From positions 9,612,001-9,676,000 of the forward strand of contig CM052832.1 in NCBI GenBank assembly GCA_028534125.1: 64,000 nucleotides of DNA, written 5' to 3'. This DNA comes from Lama glama. Its lineage: Eukaryota. The notes beneath the pieces were generated by a model. The model was not told where the DNA came from and made no database searches. It was given only the letters and a program-made list of their open reading frames with translations. Shown in pieces: positions 36,961 through 50,400 of the stretch (within the stretch, counting starts at the first letter, position 1; every line of letters begins with the position of its first letter). The position numbers and the translations under genes are program-made.

Positions 36961-37389
36961 GTCTCGCCACCTGTGGGACTTAGGGCACATCACCTGACTT
37001 CACTGTACCTCAGTTTCCTCTTGTGAAACTGGGGTGGGATTGATAGCGGGAGGGGGGTGGGGGGAGATGAGCTAATACACGCAAAGGGTTTGTTACTGTG
37101 CAGACGTAGAGTAAGAGATCAAGAAACAGCGCCTAATGTTATTTCCTGCGTGGCGAGTGGATGAGTGGAAAACGTTCACAAGCAGTGTCTGGAAACTTGC
37201 GTGGCGCCTGTCACGCCGCGCCCATCTGAGTCTGCGGGGCATCCCCACCCCCCAACCTGGGGCTCATGGGGCGGGGTCTTCGGACCTCGGTCGCTGCGCC
37301 TGGTGAACTGCCAGGAGGAGTCGGGGCCCAAACCTTAGCTGAGCGCAGCACCCAGCCCCTTTGTGTCCCCCCGCCCCCTCTTCCCCACT

Positions 37390-37617
37390 TCCTGCCCAGC
37401 TTTAAACTCGGGATTGGCGGCGCGGCGCAGACTTTGTAAACACGTCGTGCCTGTGGCGGTGGAGACTGGTTCTGTTTGGACGCCTGGGGAAGGGGCGCGT
37501 GCCCCTCCGCGAGGCTGGAGGTGGCGACCCCCCTCCTCTCCAGGACAGAGGCCAGAAGAGGCGAGAGAGAGTGTCTCCGGCTACAGTCGGTGCTCCGGGG
37601 GCTCACCTGCCAAGGAG
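37390..37617 (+). other. CCND3: Probable non-coding distal first exon of CCND3, divergent from TAF8; sequence downstream would be intron
   Basis: Second CpG-rich block with a GC box (37268), ETS cacttcctg (37386), tttaaa (37401) and a GAG/gtaggc donor at 37618. Human CCND3 has distal non-coding first exons next to TAF8 (recalled). TSS approximate; no CCND3 coding sequence in the window. Confidence 0.5.
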
Positions 37618-39099
37618 GTAGGCTTGAGGGCTGGAGAAGCTGAGATACATGGTGTCAGCATCTCTTCGCGTGGCTGGGGCCTCCAAACTGAGGCTGGGCA
37701 CCCGGACTTGGGGTCAGAGGTGGGTGGGTTAAGGAGGTCACCGCCCCCTCATCATCTCCCCGTTGTCCTTCCAAGATTGGCTCACTTTCTCTCTGAGTTG
37801 CACGTGGCTGAAGGGCAGAGAAGCCCCCAAAGCCCTAAGATTTCTGTATGTCTACACAGTCCCCCTCCAAGCAGACCTGGAAGCCCAGTGACTTCACTAG
37901 GCTGTCTGCCGTGGTTCTTCTCGTATCTCAGAGATAAGGGTGGGAGGCAGTAGGAGGGCAGAACCAGTGTGGGCAGGGAGCCTTGGGGTCCTCCTGTCAG
38001 CCAGGGCCGAGGAGGGAGTCCAGAAGACTGGACTGGAGGAGGGACTTCTCAGTGGTGGTCCCTCTGGTGCTGATGGGTGTACAAATGATGGCCTTAGCCT
38101 TTTCTGTGTCTTTTAATGTGTCAACAAGAGGACTAACTGAAGAAATTGGTTGCTGTTACTAAGGGAGCATTAATGTGTGCATTTGCAAACATTGATAGAG
38201 AACCTGCTTTATGTCTAGGATTGTATGGGATGCTGAGGGTGCAATGATGTTATTCCTCCACAGAGTTCTGATGTGGGTGATAGAATAACAGAGATAAGGT
38301 GCCAAGTTGGGGTGGCTGGAAAGGCTTCAGAGAGAAGAGGATGTTTGAGTTGGGTTCTGAATGATGAATAGTCACCAGGCAGAGAAGTGGTGGGAAGTCT
38401 TTGTGGGCACTTACTCATAATACAGAGCTGGACTGAACCCTGCCTGTGGCGTTGCGCATTGGAATACGATGGGGACCCAGAAGCAGTTCCTGCTCTCTTT
38501 TACCCACTATCTAGACAGACATGAAGAAGAAATGGGAATGAACAGGATGGGTTCAGGGAAAGGCACATTTCTGGGCTGATACCTCAAAACCCAGAAATTC
38601 CCAGCTAGGTGCATCTGGGAGAGTCTACCTGGGGGTGACGTGACAGTTCACACAGTCTTAGGGCACCCACTCCCCACCCCTGGTTGCTAGGACTGTTTTC
38701 TCTAACAAATCCTTGCTCTATGCCCCCTACCTCAATTCTCTTTGGGACCTGACATGAGTGAAAAGAACTGGACCTCCCATTGCTTTCCTGCAGCTTCTTT
38801 TGGTCTTTCAATTCCCAGGCTCACTTGAGAGATGGCTGACACAAGAGTTTGTGAATTCACTCAACACCTGTCTGCTGTGACCACCCTGTCTGCACAGACT
38901 GAAAAACATTGGGGACATAATAGTAAATTAATCAGAGCTTCTACTCCCCTGGACTTTAGAATTGAAAGCATCTCTGAGAATCCCAGCAAGATCCTTAGTC
39001 TCTGTCCAGTCCTTGAGACCATGACCTCCGTGGTCCCAAATGCCTTCTCTCCATTTCCTTCCTTCAAGGGTTCAGAATACTGGCTGAGGCTTATCTAGT

Positions 39100-39315
39100 A
39101 CTGTCAGTACTCATCTAAATGTTTTAAGTATAGGGTCTCATTTAATCCTCCTAACAGTCCTGTGAGGTAAGCATTAGGATTATCTACATTTTGTAGATGA
39201 GGGAACTCAGGCACAGAGGTGATACTTTTCCTAAAGAGGACACCAGAAATAAATGGCAGCGTTGGGATTTAAACCCAGGTCACTTGACTTGGGAGGCCCT
39301 GTTCCTAACCATTAG
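39100..39315 (-). mobile_element. MIR
   Basis: ctcatttaatcctcctaacagtcctgtgaggta...ttttgtagatgagggaactcaggcacagag. Confidence 0.7.
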
Positions 39316-40644
39316 GCTAGCCTGCCTCCTTGACTGACCACATGGAGTACACACTTGAGTCAGACTTAGGGGTTTCTGAAAGGGAGTCCGTGGTCCTGTA
39401 TCTTGGGTGATACAGAGGAGCGCATCTGTTAGCTGAGCACGTGCTGTTTACAGGGAGCCCCAGCAGGCCTGCAGTAAGGTTGTGGGGACCACACGGAGCT
39501 GATATCCTTTCCTAATGGCCCTGTGTGTGTATGTGTGTGCGTGTTTTTTCCTGAGTAAGCCTCCCTCACCAGGAGGAACAAACCAAGGTTTGACACAAGA
39601 AAGATACATGGAGGTGGTGTGCTAGAATCTGGGGAGATGGGAAGTCAAGATCCACCTTTTGTTGGGAGTCTTTAAGAAGAGCAGAGACCATCATATTCTA
39701 GGTTCTGAGGGGAACAATCCAGCCTGGTAGCTGAGTAAGGAAGATGGTTAGGGGGTGGAAGCAATCTTAAGATGCTCGCTCCTCTTCACCATAGCTGCTG
39801 TATCCCAAAGCTGCATCCCAAAGCTGCATCTGCGTATCCAACCTCATCCCTTCAGGCAGCCTGGGACCTTGCCTATGACGCCAGCCAGGCCATAGGGCGG
39901 AGGTTCTGTGGATTCCAGCCATTTCCTGAAACTCTAAGTTTCTCACCTGAGCCCTCCAAACAGATCTGGGGAGGCCCTGAAGCTGTCCCTCTCTGCCTGC
40001 AGTCAAACTGCCTCTAGTGACTGTCTTTGAGGGAGGGGTGTGTGTTGGGTGGAATGGATGTTGATGCTGGGAGTTGAGGCTGAGGGTAAGCAGGACGTGA
40101 AGGCCAGAACTGTTCAGATCTCCAGGCTACTCCTCCCCCACACACACCCCTCATAGGGTGGGGTGCGATGGAGGCCTTGGCAGCCCCAGCCCCCTGCCCT
40201 AGGTGCCCCACTCTTTGAGAACAGGTTGTTCTCTTGAGAAACCACAAGAGGAAGTTTAGGGAGGGTTGGGGGTGGGGAAAGTTCTGGGGCTCCTGCCAAG
40301 TTTCCCTTTCTCTGCTGAGCGGTAGGTGTGTTTATTTTGGTGTGTTTTTCTTGCCCTCAAAGACATTTAAATTTTAAACCCTCTGTGAGTTTCAAAGAAC
40401 TGTCAAGACCTGCCCCATTCCAGTGTGTGCAGTGTGTGGGTGTGTTGGGGGAGACAGAGACACCCCTGGAAGTGGGACCACAACATGGTACTCATTTGTT
40501 GGATTTCATCTGGGATTCGTGCTGGTGAGGAAAGGCTGGCTGACTCCATGAAGTCTCTTTTTCTCTGTCTCTCTGCCCTTTCACCTTTCTCTTCCCCAAA
40601 GCACTCCCACAGCCCCAAACTCAAGAAAATGTGGTTATAACGGC

Positions 40645-40870
40645 CACTTAGGAGCTGAATGATGTGGCCAGGAGCTGCCCTAAGTGTTCTACCTGCCTTA
40701 TCTCATTTAATATTCACCATAACTCCTGGTAGTAAATGACTCTGCCCCAGTTTACAGATTAAGAAACTGAAGCCCAGAAAGGCTAAGAAACTTGCCTGAG
40801 GTTACACAGCTAGTAAGTGGCAGAGCCCAGATTTGAACACTTGTCTGTCTGACTTCAGGGCCTGTGCTCC
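40645..40870 (-). mobile_element. MIR, well preserved
   Basis: tttacagattaagaaactgaagcccagaaaggctaagaaacttgcctgaggttacacagctagtaagtggcagagcc. Confidence 0.8.
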
Positions 40871-41089
40871 TGAAGTCTGTTTAACCCCCAAAGCAGGACA
40901 TCGACTTCCCCAGCATACTAGACCCTGCACAATAGGAGGCTGAGCTCCAGAGATATTTTAATAATGGTGCTGCTAGTGTGGGGCGGCGGGGGGCTTGGGT
41001 ATAGACTTGGAAGGGATTCCTTGGAAGTTAATATATTTAAAAAGGATAAGTGAGGGAAGGGAAGATGCAGTGGGTGAAAAGTTGAGGTC

Positions 41090-41355
41090 AAACTCTGGAA
41101 GTTTGAAGCAAAGGGGGAGACGATTTAAGAGGAATATTTTAGATGTGTTCAAACATTTGAAAGGTTGCCTTTGGAAGACCTCAGATAGGGGACTGGTCGA
41201 GGCAGATTTTCAAAAAGCATAAAGACTATCTAGAAAATTTAATTGCCTAATCCGCTTCTGCAGAAGTGAGTTCCTCGTCTAGAGGAGTCTAGAGTATGTG
41301 CTTAGGAGGGGCTTCTGCAACTCTAAGCCCTCAAAGCCCCTTCCACCTCTAAGCC
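41090..41355 (+). mobile_element. L3/CR1 3' fragment
   Basis: tgttcaaacatttgaaaggttgcc, ggcagatttt, gtgagttcctcgtc, cccttccacctctaag. Confidence 0.5.
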
Positions 41356-44312
41356 TCCCACGCGATTACATCCACTTCCCCCTTCCGCTCGGTCTCTGTT
41401 CCCCGGCTCCCATGGTGTTACCCATCTGTCCACCAGGTGGGGCTGTTGCCCAGCATGTCACTCCAGGGGCAGCTTGATGGGGTAAGGAGCGCCCCCTGGT
41501 CCTTCAGCCACCAGCTGGTTTCCTGGGGCCTTTCCCCAACCCCATCTCCAGCTATCTATCTACACACCAGGGCCCAGAGAGCCACGTTTGATCCGGCACG
41601 GCCCCCATAAAATGCGCTCTCAGGTCTCCTCCAGGCTTAGGCCAGAACATGCAGGCCTCCACCCCTGAGCAGGCTCTCTTCTCCAGGTCAGGGATCCCCT
41701 CTCTCCCCTCCTCTTTCCCCTGGCCGACCTTCCTTTGCCCTGAAGGTAGAAGGACCCACGTTCAGGACAGAGGGCAAGACCAGCAGCCCTCACGGGCATG
41801 GCCTTTCGTAGCCTTCAAAGGCATGGCACCCATGTCATATCCTCTCCTTTAAGGTCCTCAAAAGCTGCACCTCTGGGAAACTTTTTGCCCTCAGCGGCTT
41901 GACCAGTTCTCCCACCCTCCTTCAGTCTCCCCCTGGGAGAGCCACTCCTAAGGAGAGAGAGCCTGGGCCCAGGCCATGTCCCTAGGAAGGCGGGGCAGGA
42001 GAGGGGTTGCTTGGTGCCTTGTTTGTTGGCCCAGATCTGTTTCCTTAAACCTTTAGAAAGGCCCAGAACCACTGGGGCCCCAGGGACACAGCAGGTGGGG
42101 CTGCGCATGTGCTGGGACAGAGAGTGCAGTTACAATCACAAAAGCCCTGTGGCCAGAGAGCGCCATGGAGGCCAGGCCCAGTGAGAGAAGCCACAGCCAG
42201 CAGTGTTCCAAGCACTTAGGAACTCCGGTACCCCCACCCGGCCTACAACCGTGTGAGTTAGAACACGCCCGTTTTATAGAAGTGCAAACCAAGGCAGCGA
42301 GAGTTAAGCAGCTGGCTTCCATTCACACAGCTGGACAGTGGCTGAGCTGCAAGTCTGACGAGGCCATTTGGCTGTAAAGTTGGCACACGTGACCACTAGC
42401 CCACGCTCCCTCCCGTGGAGTGGCTGAGAGAGCTCCATGCAGAAACCACCCTGTTTGAGTCCTAGCTCGGCTCCTTTCTGGCTGGGTGAAACTCAGCTTC
42501 CTGGCCTGTCAAGGAGGCATAACCCTGCCTCCCTGGGTCCTTGTGAGTTTTGATCGTGCTGAAACTCGTTGAATGCTTACAGTCTGCCAAGTGTGGCTTG
42601 TGTTCTCACAGCAGCTCTGTGAGGCAGGCACTGTCTTATGCCTTTATGGGCCAGGAAACTGAGGCACAGAGTGGTTACACAGAGTAAGGGGCTGAGGCTT
42701 CAGGGCCCACCGTCTGCACTAGGCTTGGGAGATAATAAATGCCAAGTGCCAAGCACGTCATGCACCCTTATACGTGGTGCCTCTGTCACTGTATTGTTGT
42801 CATAGTCATCTCCAGACCGAGCTCCCTTGGCTGGCGTGGGGGCTGTCCCCAAACAAGGCAGCAGCCCTGGTTTCTTTCCTCACCATCCCACCTACGACTT
42901 CATCTCATCGTTTCTTCTAGAATAAAGATCGGCCCCCAAGTTCTGACCTGTGGTCAGACAGTTGGACAGAACACTTGAAATTGGGACTGGCCCAGAAATT
43001 CCCAGTTCTGGCCCCAGCTTCGCCTGCTCCAACTCTCCCTCCCTCCTGTTCTCTCTCTTCTTCCCTCCAGGCTGCGCCTCCTGCCCCCTCCCCTGGGGGC
43101 CCCGAGTTCTGGGAAAGGAAGCGGGAGCAGGGCCTCCGACAGATGCAGACCCTGGGCTCCAACTTGGGCTCTAGCTGGAGGTGTTATAGGCTGTGGGAGG
43201 AGGAGAGGGCTGGTGGAGAAGGGTGGGGGGTGGGAGGAGGGGGCACAGCAGGCCCCCTAGGCTGCCTGTCCCCAGGGAGGCATCTGTCTGTTCTTCACAG
43301 ACTCTCTGTCCTAAGCTCCGGTTTATTAAGCTGACTCTGCTGGGTGCTGAGGAATCAGCTCTAATAAGACCCCGGGGAGGATTTCCTCCTCTCTGGCAAG
43401 TGGATCTTTCAAGCTGTCTTTGAATCATGGAAGGAAGAATGCTGGTCCTCTCAGCGCCAAGCGGGCCCTCTGCAGTCACGGCTGCTTTTTCCTTTCCTTA
43501 CAGCCCTGTTCCCTTTTCTCTAAGCGGGATCTACTGCAGAACCACAGATTGGAGACTCTTCAGAGGTGGAATCTATTTTCATCACAGTGAGAGGATCTTG
43601 GGGTTGTAAACTCTTTAGATGTACCAGGTGGCTGTGCATAGACCAGGGCGTAGAACATTCTAGTTTCACCCCAGTCCTCTCTGTTTTTTCTTTCCAGTCA
43701 GCTGGTACCTGCTGGTCTTAGGGGCAGCCACCATCTTTTCTTAGAATTCTGCCTTTAGGACCAGGGAGAGCTTTTCCTCTCGGGTGCCTTGGTCTCCAAG
43801 GAAACTGAGTCTTTTTCTGCCCGGGCCCTGCCCCTTGGGTTCTAGTTCAAAACTCTTTACAACCACTGAACGTGAGCTTGGTGCCTCCTGGGTGGTCCTC
43901 AAAAGTCCTGCTTCTCCCCTGCTTCTCCTACCGCAGCTTCTGGGAATCATTCTGGGTATTCCTTTTAGGAATCTATCGTGTAGATTTTTTCCAAACCCTC
44001 TTTGCTTCCTGGGCATATGGCTGTGAAGACATTGGGGGTACTAAGAACATATCTTTGCACAATATTTCTATGTGCCAGGGGCTGTTGGAAGTCTGTACAT
44101 ATAACACGTACCGTGTGTAAATAAGTAAGGTCATAATCAATATGCGTGTTTCTCTACTGATGTCTCATTTATTCCTCACAAGAATCCCCTGAGGTTGCCT
44201 TATTTTGCAGATGAGGAAACTGAGGCACAGAGGTTATGTAACTTGCCCAAGGTCACACAGCCAGTCTGTTGATAGCCTGGCAGGTGAGAATACTCTGTCC
44301 AGAGTCAGACTT

Positions 44313-44448
44313 TCTTTTTTCCTTTTTTTAAACATTTTTGTATTGAGTTATAGTCATTCTACAATGTTGTGTCAAACTCCAGTGTAGAGCACAACTTTTC
44401 AGTTATACATGAACATACGTATATTCATTGTCACATTTCTTTTCGCTG
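44313..44448 (-). mobile_element. Short lineage-specific L1 3' end
   Basis: Same family as 5076-5205; perfect 13-bp TSD CAGAGTCAGACTT at 44300-44312 and 44449-44461. Confidence 0.85.
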
Positions 44449-45968
44449 CAGAGTCAGACTTCTCATGCACACTGTGTGTGCGCGCGTGCGTGCGTATGTA
44501 CGTGTGCCCCCCCAGCAGGGGGAGTGTGAGGTGACATCAGGTTCCCTGTTGAGATGTCCTGAACACAGCATCAGGATGGGTAGAGCAGGCTGGTGGGCCC
44601 CTGAGCTGCCTCTGTGGGTGATGGTGTATCTGTGTGTGATGTGCCTATCTGTGTGGAGGTGTGGTGGTGTGGATACATGTCCCCCAGGCAAGCCCAGGGC
44701 CTCCTCCATCCCTTAGTGCTCCTGGCTAGAGCTGCAGGGTTGTCCCCCACGCCAAGCAAGGTGGAAGGGAGGGAGCAAGGAGGGCCCCGCCCTGCCCCAG
44801 CAGGCAAGTCAGGTGCTGCACCCTCCCCAGGAAGCAGGAGTGGGTGGTGGCAATGTGAGCTCTGCTAGGTGGGGCTGGGGCCCTGACCTTTCTGGGGAGC
44901 CCTGATGAATCAACGCAACCACAGCCGCCCTAACTGCGGCAGTGCTGCAAACAAGCTTTTCCTTCGTCCTCCCCGCTCCCCGCCCCATGCTCATTTTCCT
45001 CTCCATTTCTCTCCCCGAGTCTCAGGCTTTGGCAAGGGTGTGGCACCAGAGCAGCGGCTGCGGGCACACCTCTGGCGTTGGTGGTTAGTCTGGGTCCTAG
45101 TGCTGGACCTGCAACCTTCACCTTCAAGATACTCCATCCCAAAATGGGCAGCAACCCCACCCGGGGTGGAGGCCTGGTACCCTGCCCAGAGGACAGGACA
45201 GCACGGTGTAGGGCTCATGGGCTCATGCACCTGGTGTATGCCTCCAACGACATCGATAAGTCTCAGAGGTCTTGTCCATTCCTCATTTACAGTAGAGCTA
45301 CATTTTATACCATGTTGGGTTTAAAGTCAGTGTGAAAACAAAACACACATCAACATTACTTTTAAAGTCCCCATAAACAGCTCATAAAGCACAGTATGTG
45401 TAGTTTGGGCATTGTCTCCCATCTCTAAGAATCTCTAGCATAGCCCGTTTTCACTGGAACAGATGGCCGGATCTTTTGTTGAACATCGTGCTGAGTTTGG
45501 GATAGGAGCCCACATTGTATGAACAATAGGTAGGTTTCTGCAGCTGGCTGGCATCTCCTGCAGTAGATATGACTGAATTTGTGACACTTTAATGTGCACA
45601 TTTAAGAATTCAGTATGCATGTGCTCGTGGGCTCTTATTGTCTTCCTGGGCTGCAAGAAAGGTTTGAGTGGCAGTGCTGCCGGAATCTGGAGGAAGGAGC
45701 AGTTGCTTGTGGATGGATTAACCAGGAATTTCTCCTCAGAGGTGCCATTTGAGACAATGAAAGAGGAGTGCACTTGATGCAAAAATATTCAGGAGCAATC
45801 TTAAATGGTGGTTGTCCTTGTGTCTTTTTACTTTTCTGACTATCTGAGTTTTTTACTGAAAGCCGATTATAGAAATAATCATTTTTCAATTTGTATTTCA
45901 ATGACGATTCTTAGGCTTATTTGTCCTTTATATTATTATTATTTTTAATTTTTTATAATGCAAACTGC

Positions 45969-46053
45969 ATTTATTTATTTATATTTTTATTGAGTTATAG
46001 TCAGTATACAATGTTGTGTCCATTTCTGGTATACAGCACAATTTTTCAGTCAT
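45969..46053 (-). mobile_element. Short lineage-specific L1 3' end
   Basis: tttttattgagttatagtcagtatacaatgttgtgtcc. Confidence 0.7.
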
Positions 46054-46272
46054 TTTATATTATTATTGATGCTAAAATGATTCATGGCTGTTTCTATAAT
46101 CAGTTATTTCTCTAACAATGATTATTCTTCATATGACCACTTCTTGTTTTTTAAATGGTTTTAAAAACTCCAGCAACACACTGGGGCAGGGAAGTAAAAC
46201 CTGAGTGCAGGGAGAGGGCTGGGGCATTCCGGAGACCCTGTGTCTGCTTAAACTGACATGCCGCATCTAAGG

Positions 46273-46700
46273 CAGCAGCTCTCAAACTTTCTGGCCTCAG
46301 GACCACATTACACCTTGAAAAAATTATTGAGGATCCCAGAGAGCTTTTGTTTTTGAAAATTGTAGCTACTGACGTTTACTTTCTAATAAGAACTGTGAAA
46401 TGAGAAATTTTAAAAAGACTTATTAATTCCTTTAAAGTGACAATAAAAATGTATTGGACGTTAATAGCATCATAATTTTTATAAAATGATAACTGTGTTT
46501 TCCAAAACAAAAAATATTAGCAGTGTGGCCTTGTTTTACATTTTTTGCAAATCTCTTTAATGCCTGGCTTCATAGAAGACAGCTGGATTCTCATATCTGC
46601 TTCTGCTTCAATCTGTTGCAATATGTTGTTTTGGTTGATGTGTATAAAGAAAATCAGGCCCCACACTGATATGTGGTTGGGAAGGCAGGACCTTGCAGAC
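46273..46700. mobile_element. Charlie1-like hAT transposon end
   Basis: cagcagctctcaaactttctggcctcaggacc...aattattgaggatccc, the reverse complement of the terminus at 34240-34300. Confidence 0.65.
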
Positions 46701-48149
46701 TGGTCTAGGGGATGGCTGGCTTAGTGGGACATAGAGCTAGAAACTTTGGGGCAGTGGTGGAGAAGCCAAGCCAACAGTGTTGGGTTGGAGTGTTTGAACT
46801 TACATGGCAGGTCATGAGGAGCCATTGAGGGCTTTTGAGCAAAGAAGTGACATGATCAGAACTGATTTCTAGGATGGTAGACAAGAAAGAGTCTACACAG
46901 AAGAAAAAGGATGGAAACTAAGGTGATGAAGTAGAAATGGAAACGAGGGGGTGATTTGGCAAAATGTTTTCAAGGTAGCAGCAATAAAACTTAGTAGTTA
47001 TTTGGGAGGAAGGTGTGAAGAGTCATCTACCTTGTGAAATTGCTCAGCCCTTCCCCCGTTAGGCACCATGCCTACTTCTAAGATGAAGGATGCTGCCATA
47101 TGTTGGAGTTTGCTGCTTGTTCGCCTTCTCTCCTACGAGGCTACAGTAGGTGGTTGGTAAATGAATGGAGGAGAACGCAAGGACTACCCCACGATATTTC
47201 AGCCTGGGTGAGTTGGTGCCATTAACAGAAATTTAAAGACCAGGAGGAAAAGATGTCCATTATCATTAAGTATCATCAAATAAAGGGTAGGAGGAGATGT
47301 CAAGCTATTAATAGAAAATAGTGGGTGGACCTTAAAATATACTTCTTGGCAAGGAAGTACATTTTCCTAGGTACTAAAGATTTGGGGAGGAATATAAAAA
47401 ACATCTAGGAGAGATTGCTCTTTATTGTACTTTGTTCTCAGGAACTCAAGTTCAGTTTGGGCAATGTTTTCATTTTAACTCATTTCATACACACGCCTAC
47501 AAATACACATATACGTGTGTATACATACAACAAACAAGTTTCACTCACTAGATAGTGTTTACCCTTATTCCAGGTGATGTGCTTTTGATATTTTCTTTTT
47601 CATTGTGTTGTTTCATATTTTAAAATTGCTGCTCAAGATTAGCTTCATGATTTCATGACCCAGTAAAGCATCCTGACTTGCAAATTGAAAAAATACTAAG
47701 TTGATGAGGTATCAGTTTTTTTAAGGTTCTGTTAGCAACAGAAACAGATTGCCTGATATAAGGCAAAAGGAACTTATCGGAAGAAAGTTAGTAACCCATG
47801 GACTTACCAGAAAGACTGGAAATTTTGGAAATGGGCAGTAACTGACAAAGTGCCTGAGGGCTGGGCAGAAGGACAGACCAGTCACCTCTGCCTGGCCAGG
47901 CCTGGTGGCAATGGACGGACCCACCCCTCCAGTTTCCATGGTGCAGATCAGGCAGGCTGGCTCCTGGATTTGCAGCAGCGGAGAGGTCACTTCCCGACAG
48001 TGCTGTTGGGAAGGGGGCTGTATGTTCAGTAGCCAAAAAGAATAGTCCACAGAAGGTAACACAATGTAGGCACATGAAAGGACATCTAATGGTGAGCGGT
48101 GTCCCTACACGAAGATGGATCTGAGTGGGCGTGGTCTTGCCTGCTGGTG

Positions 48150-48700
48150 GCCTTGCCATGTGGTAAATTCTCCCTTCAGAAAGCAGTTTGGCTAAAGGTA
48201 TCAAAATCAAATGCTTCCCAAAAATTCTGACCCTCTGCCTTCATAAGCCCACTTTCCAGGCTCTACCCTAACTTAATTCTAAATGTGCAAAAACTTTTGT
48301 CCATGATGATTTTCATCAGAGTGTTATTATGTACAGTGACCACAATTTGGAGCAATTGAAGTGCCTCCCAGTAGAGCATGGTTAAGCAACGTATACTATA
48401 TCTATTAAATGGAATATAAGATAGCCATTAGAAATGTCAATTGCAAAAAAAGTGATATCACCAAAGTTACCTATATATTAGGGAAAAAAATCAGGATACA
48501 AAATTGTACTTGAAGTGTATTTACAACTACACATTTTATACACACACACAGACAAAAGACTGGAAGAAAATACATCGAAATGTTAGCAGCAGTTTGTTTT
48601 TTTGTGCAGTAGAACTATGGGTGATTTTTTTCTTTACTTTTTCCCCCTTTTCTAAATGTTCCAGTTCTGTAATAACGAGAGAAATGCAAAACAAGTCATG
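48150..48700 (+). mobile_element. Old L1ME-like 3' fragment
   Basis: gaaagcagtttggc; aaatggaatataagatagccatta; aaaagactggaagaaaatacatc. Confidence 0.55.
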
Positions 48701-50039
48701 AGTTGTGTTTTCATAAGTATATAGAAAAACGGTCTTTTTGTTTTCATAGCATCTCATTGGAGACAGTAGGTGCCAAGTAAAAAGTTGGCGTGAGGAGTAC
48801 AGTGTGACAGCCCAGAGGAGGGCCTGGTGTGACCTAGGAGGTGACAGCTGCCACTGCGTCAAGCTGCCAGCTAAGCCAGGACTATCTGTCTACCCTTCAA
48901 GTCCTGCGGCACCAATAAAGCTGAAATATCCCGGCAACTCTGGGGGACAAAGTCAGGTTGTCATGGCTGTGGGGGTGGGTCTGACATGTGATGACTCATT
49001 TTCAAGACCCAGCTACCCAGGGATGGGCACAGAGGGGGTCTGAAGTAGGGAGCAGGCATTTCTTTGGAGGGCCTGCTTCCTCCTTGTCCCTTTTAGCCCC
49101 CTGGAGCATCAGGAAACGAAGGTGGGGAGAGCAGAGAGCAGGACTGCATCCCACAGTATCTGCCTTCTGCAGCTCAGCAACAGGGAAGGAGGTGGAGTCT
49201 GGATTGAGCCCCAAGATAAGGAATATGCAGCAGCTGACAGAGAAGATCAAAATAAACAGCTGTGCCCCCAGGAGAATGAACTCCGCATTCCATTCTCTGA
49301 CCCCACCCCCAATTCCCACTTCTCCCAAGTGCCTCCCCCCATCCCCACACATGCACACTCAGCATCCCCATCAGAGAGAAGGGCCTCCCCTCAGCCTTGG
49401 CTCAGGTCCCTTAGAACCTTCCCACACCCGCCCGCTGCCTTCACTGGAGGCTCCGGGGCCCGCTCTCCAGCTGTCTGGAAGGGAGTGAGTGCTCTGGACA
49501 GGTGGCCGGAGGCGGATGGAGAGGAGCCTCATCCAGGGCCAGGCTCCACCTGCCAGACCAGGCCACCCTCAGACTCACACGTGGGCTACTCCAGGAAGGC
49601 CAGGGACAGAAGAGGGCCAGTGGTGGTGGTGGTGGCGAGTCTGGGGAAGCTGAGGCAGGACCCGGGGCAGTGTAGAGCGGATGCGAGGAGGATGTGGAGT
49701 GGTCCTGGTGGCCGGGTCTGCAAACATCTGGTTCTCACCATGGGTGGGCCCAGCCTTCTGGGAGCTCACAGTCCAATAGGGGCGACAGACAGCAGGTACC
49801 AGATGTGCCTCCTGAGGTGGTCACTGCTCACCACAGTGCCTAGGGGTGCTCCCCAGCTCTGCAGAACCCCCTGTAAGGCTCCCTGTCTCCTGAGGGTTCA
49901 AGTCACTGCCTCGGACGCCCCACACTACTTTCTAGACGTGCTAACCTGGGATTTAAAATCAAGCAGATAGAAGGGGCAGATATCGCTCTCCTAGAGCTGG
50001 GCTGACCCCTCAGGCCCCTGGGAGTGGTCATTAATACCC

Positions 50040-50400
50040 TTTTTCTTTTTCTTTTTCATTCTTTTAATTGAAGTGTAGTCAGTTTACAATGTTGCGTCAA
50101 TTTCTGGCTTACAGCACGTTTCAGTCATACATGTACATACATATATTCCTTCTCGCATTCTTTTTCATTATAGGTTGCTATAAGATATTGAATATAGTTC
50201 CCTGTGCTCTGCAGTAGAAACTTGTTTATTTTATATGTAGTAGTTAGTATCTGCAAATCTCGAACTCCCAATTTGTCCCTTCCCACTCCCTTTCCCCATG
50301 GTAACCATAAGTTTGTTTTCTGTCTGTGAATCTGTTTCTGTTTTGTAAATAAGTTCATTTGTGTCTTTTTTTTAGATTCCACATATAAGTGATATCATAT
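50040..50400 (-). mobile_element. L1 3' UTR fragment, same group as 7885-8641
   Basis: PolyT head, ttttaattgaagtgtagtc...tagattccacatataagtgatatcata. Confidence 0.85.

Noticed and set aside
37900..38300. GATA sites as the known CCND3 erythroid enhancer
   Set aside because: Isolated AGATAA hexamers are common. As recalled, that enhancer lies near the proximal CCND3 promoter, outside this window.
45190..45960. Unassigned lower-GC block, possibly an old transposon or exon
   Set aside because: I could not establish termini, a splice-consistent ORF or a family match by eye.
49122..49970. Longest ORF in the track (282 aa, +)
   Set aside because: Non-ATG start, GC-rich low-information translation, no recognisable domain; expected by chance in intronic DNA.
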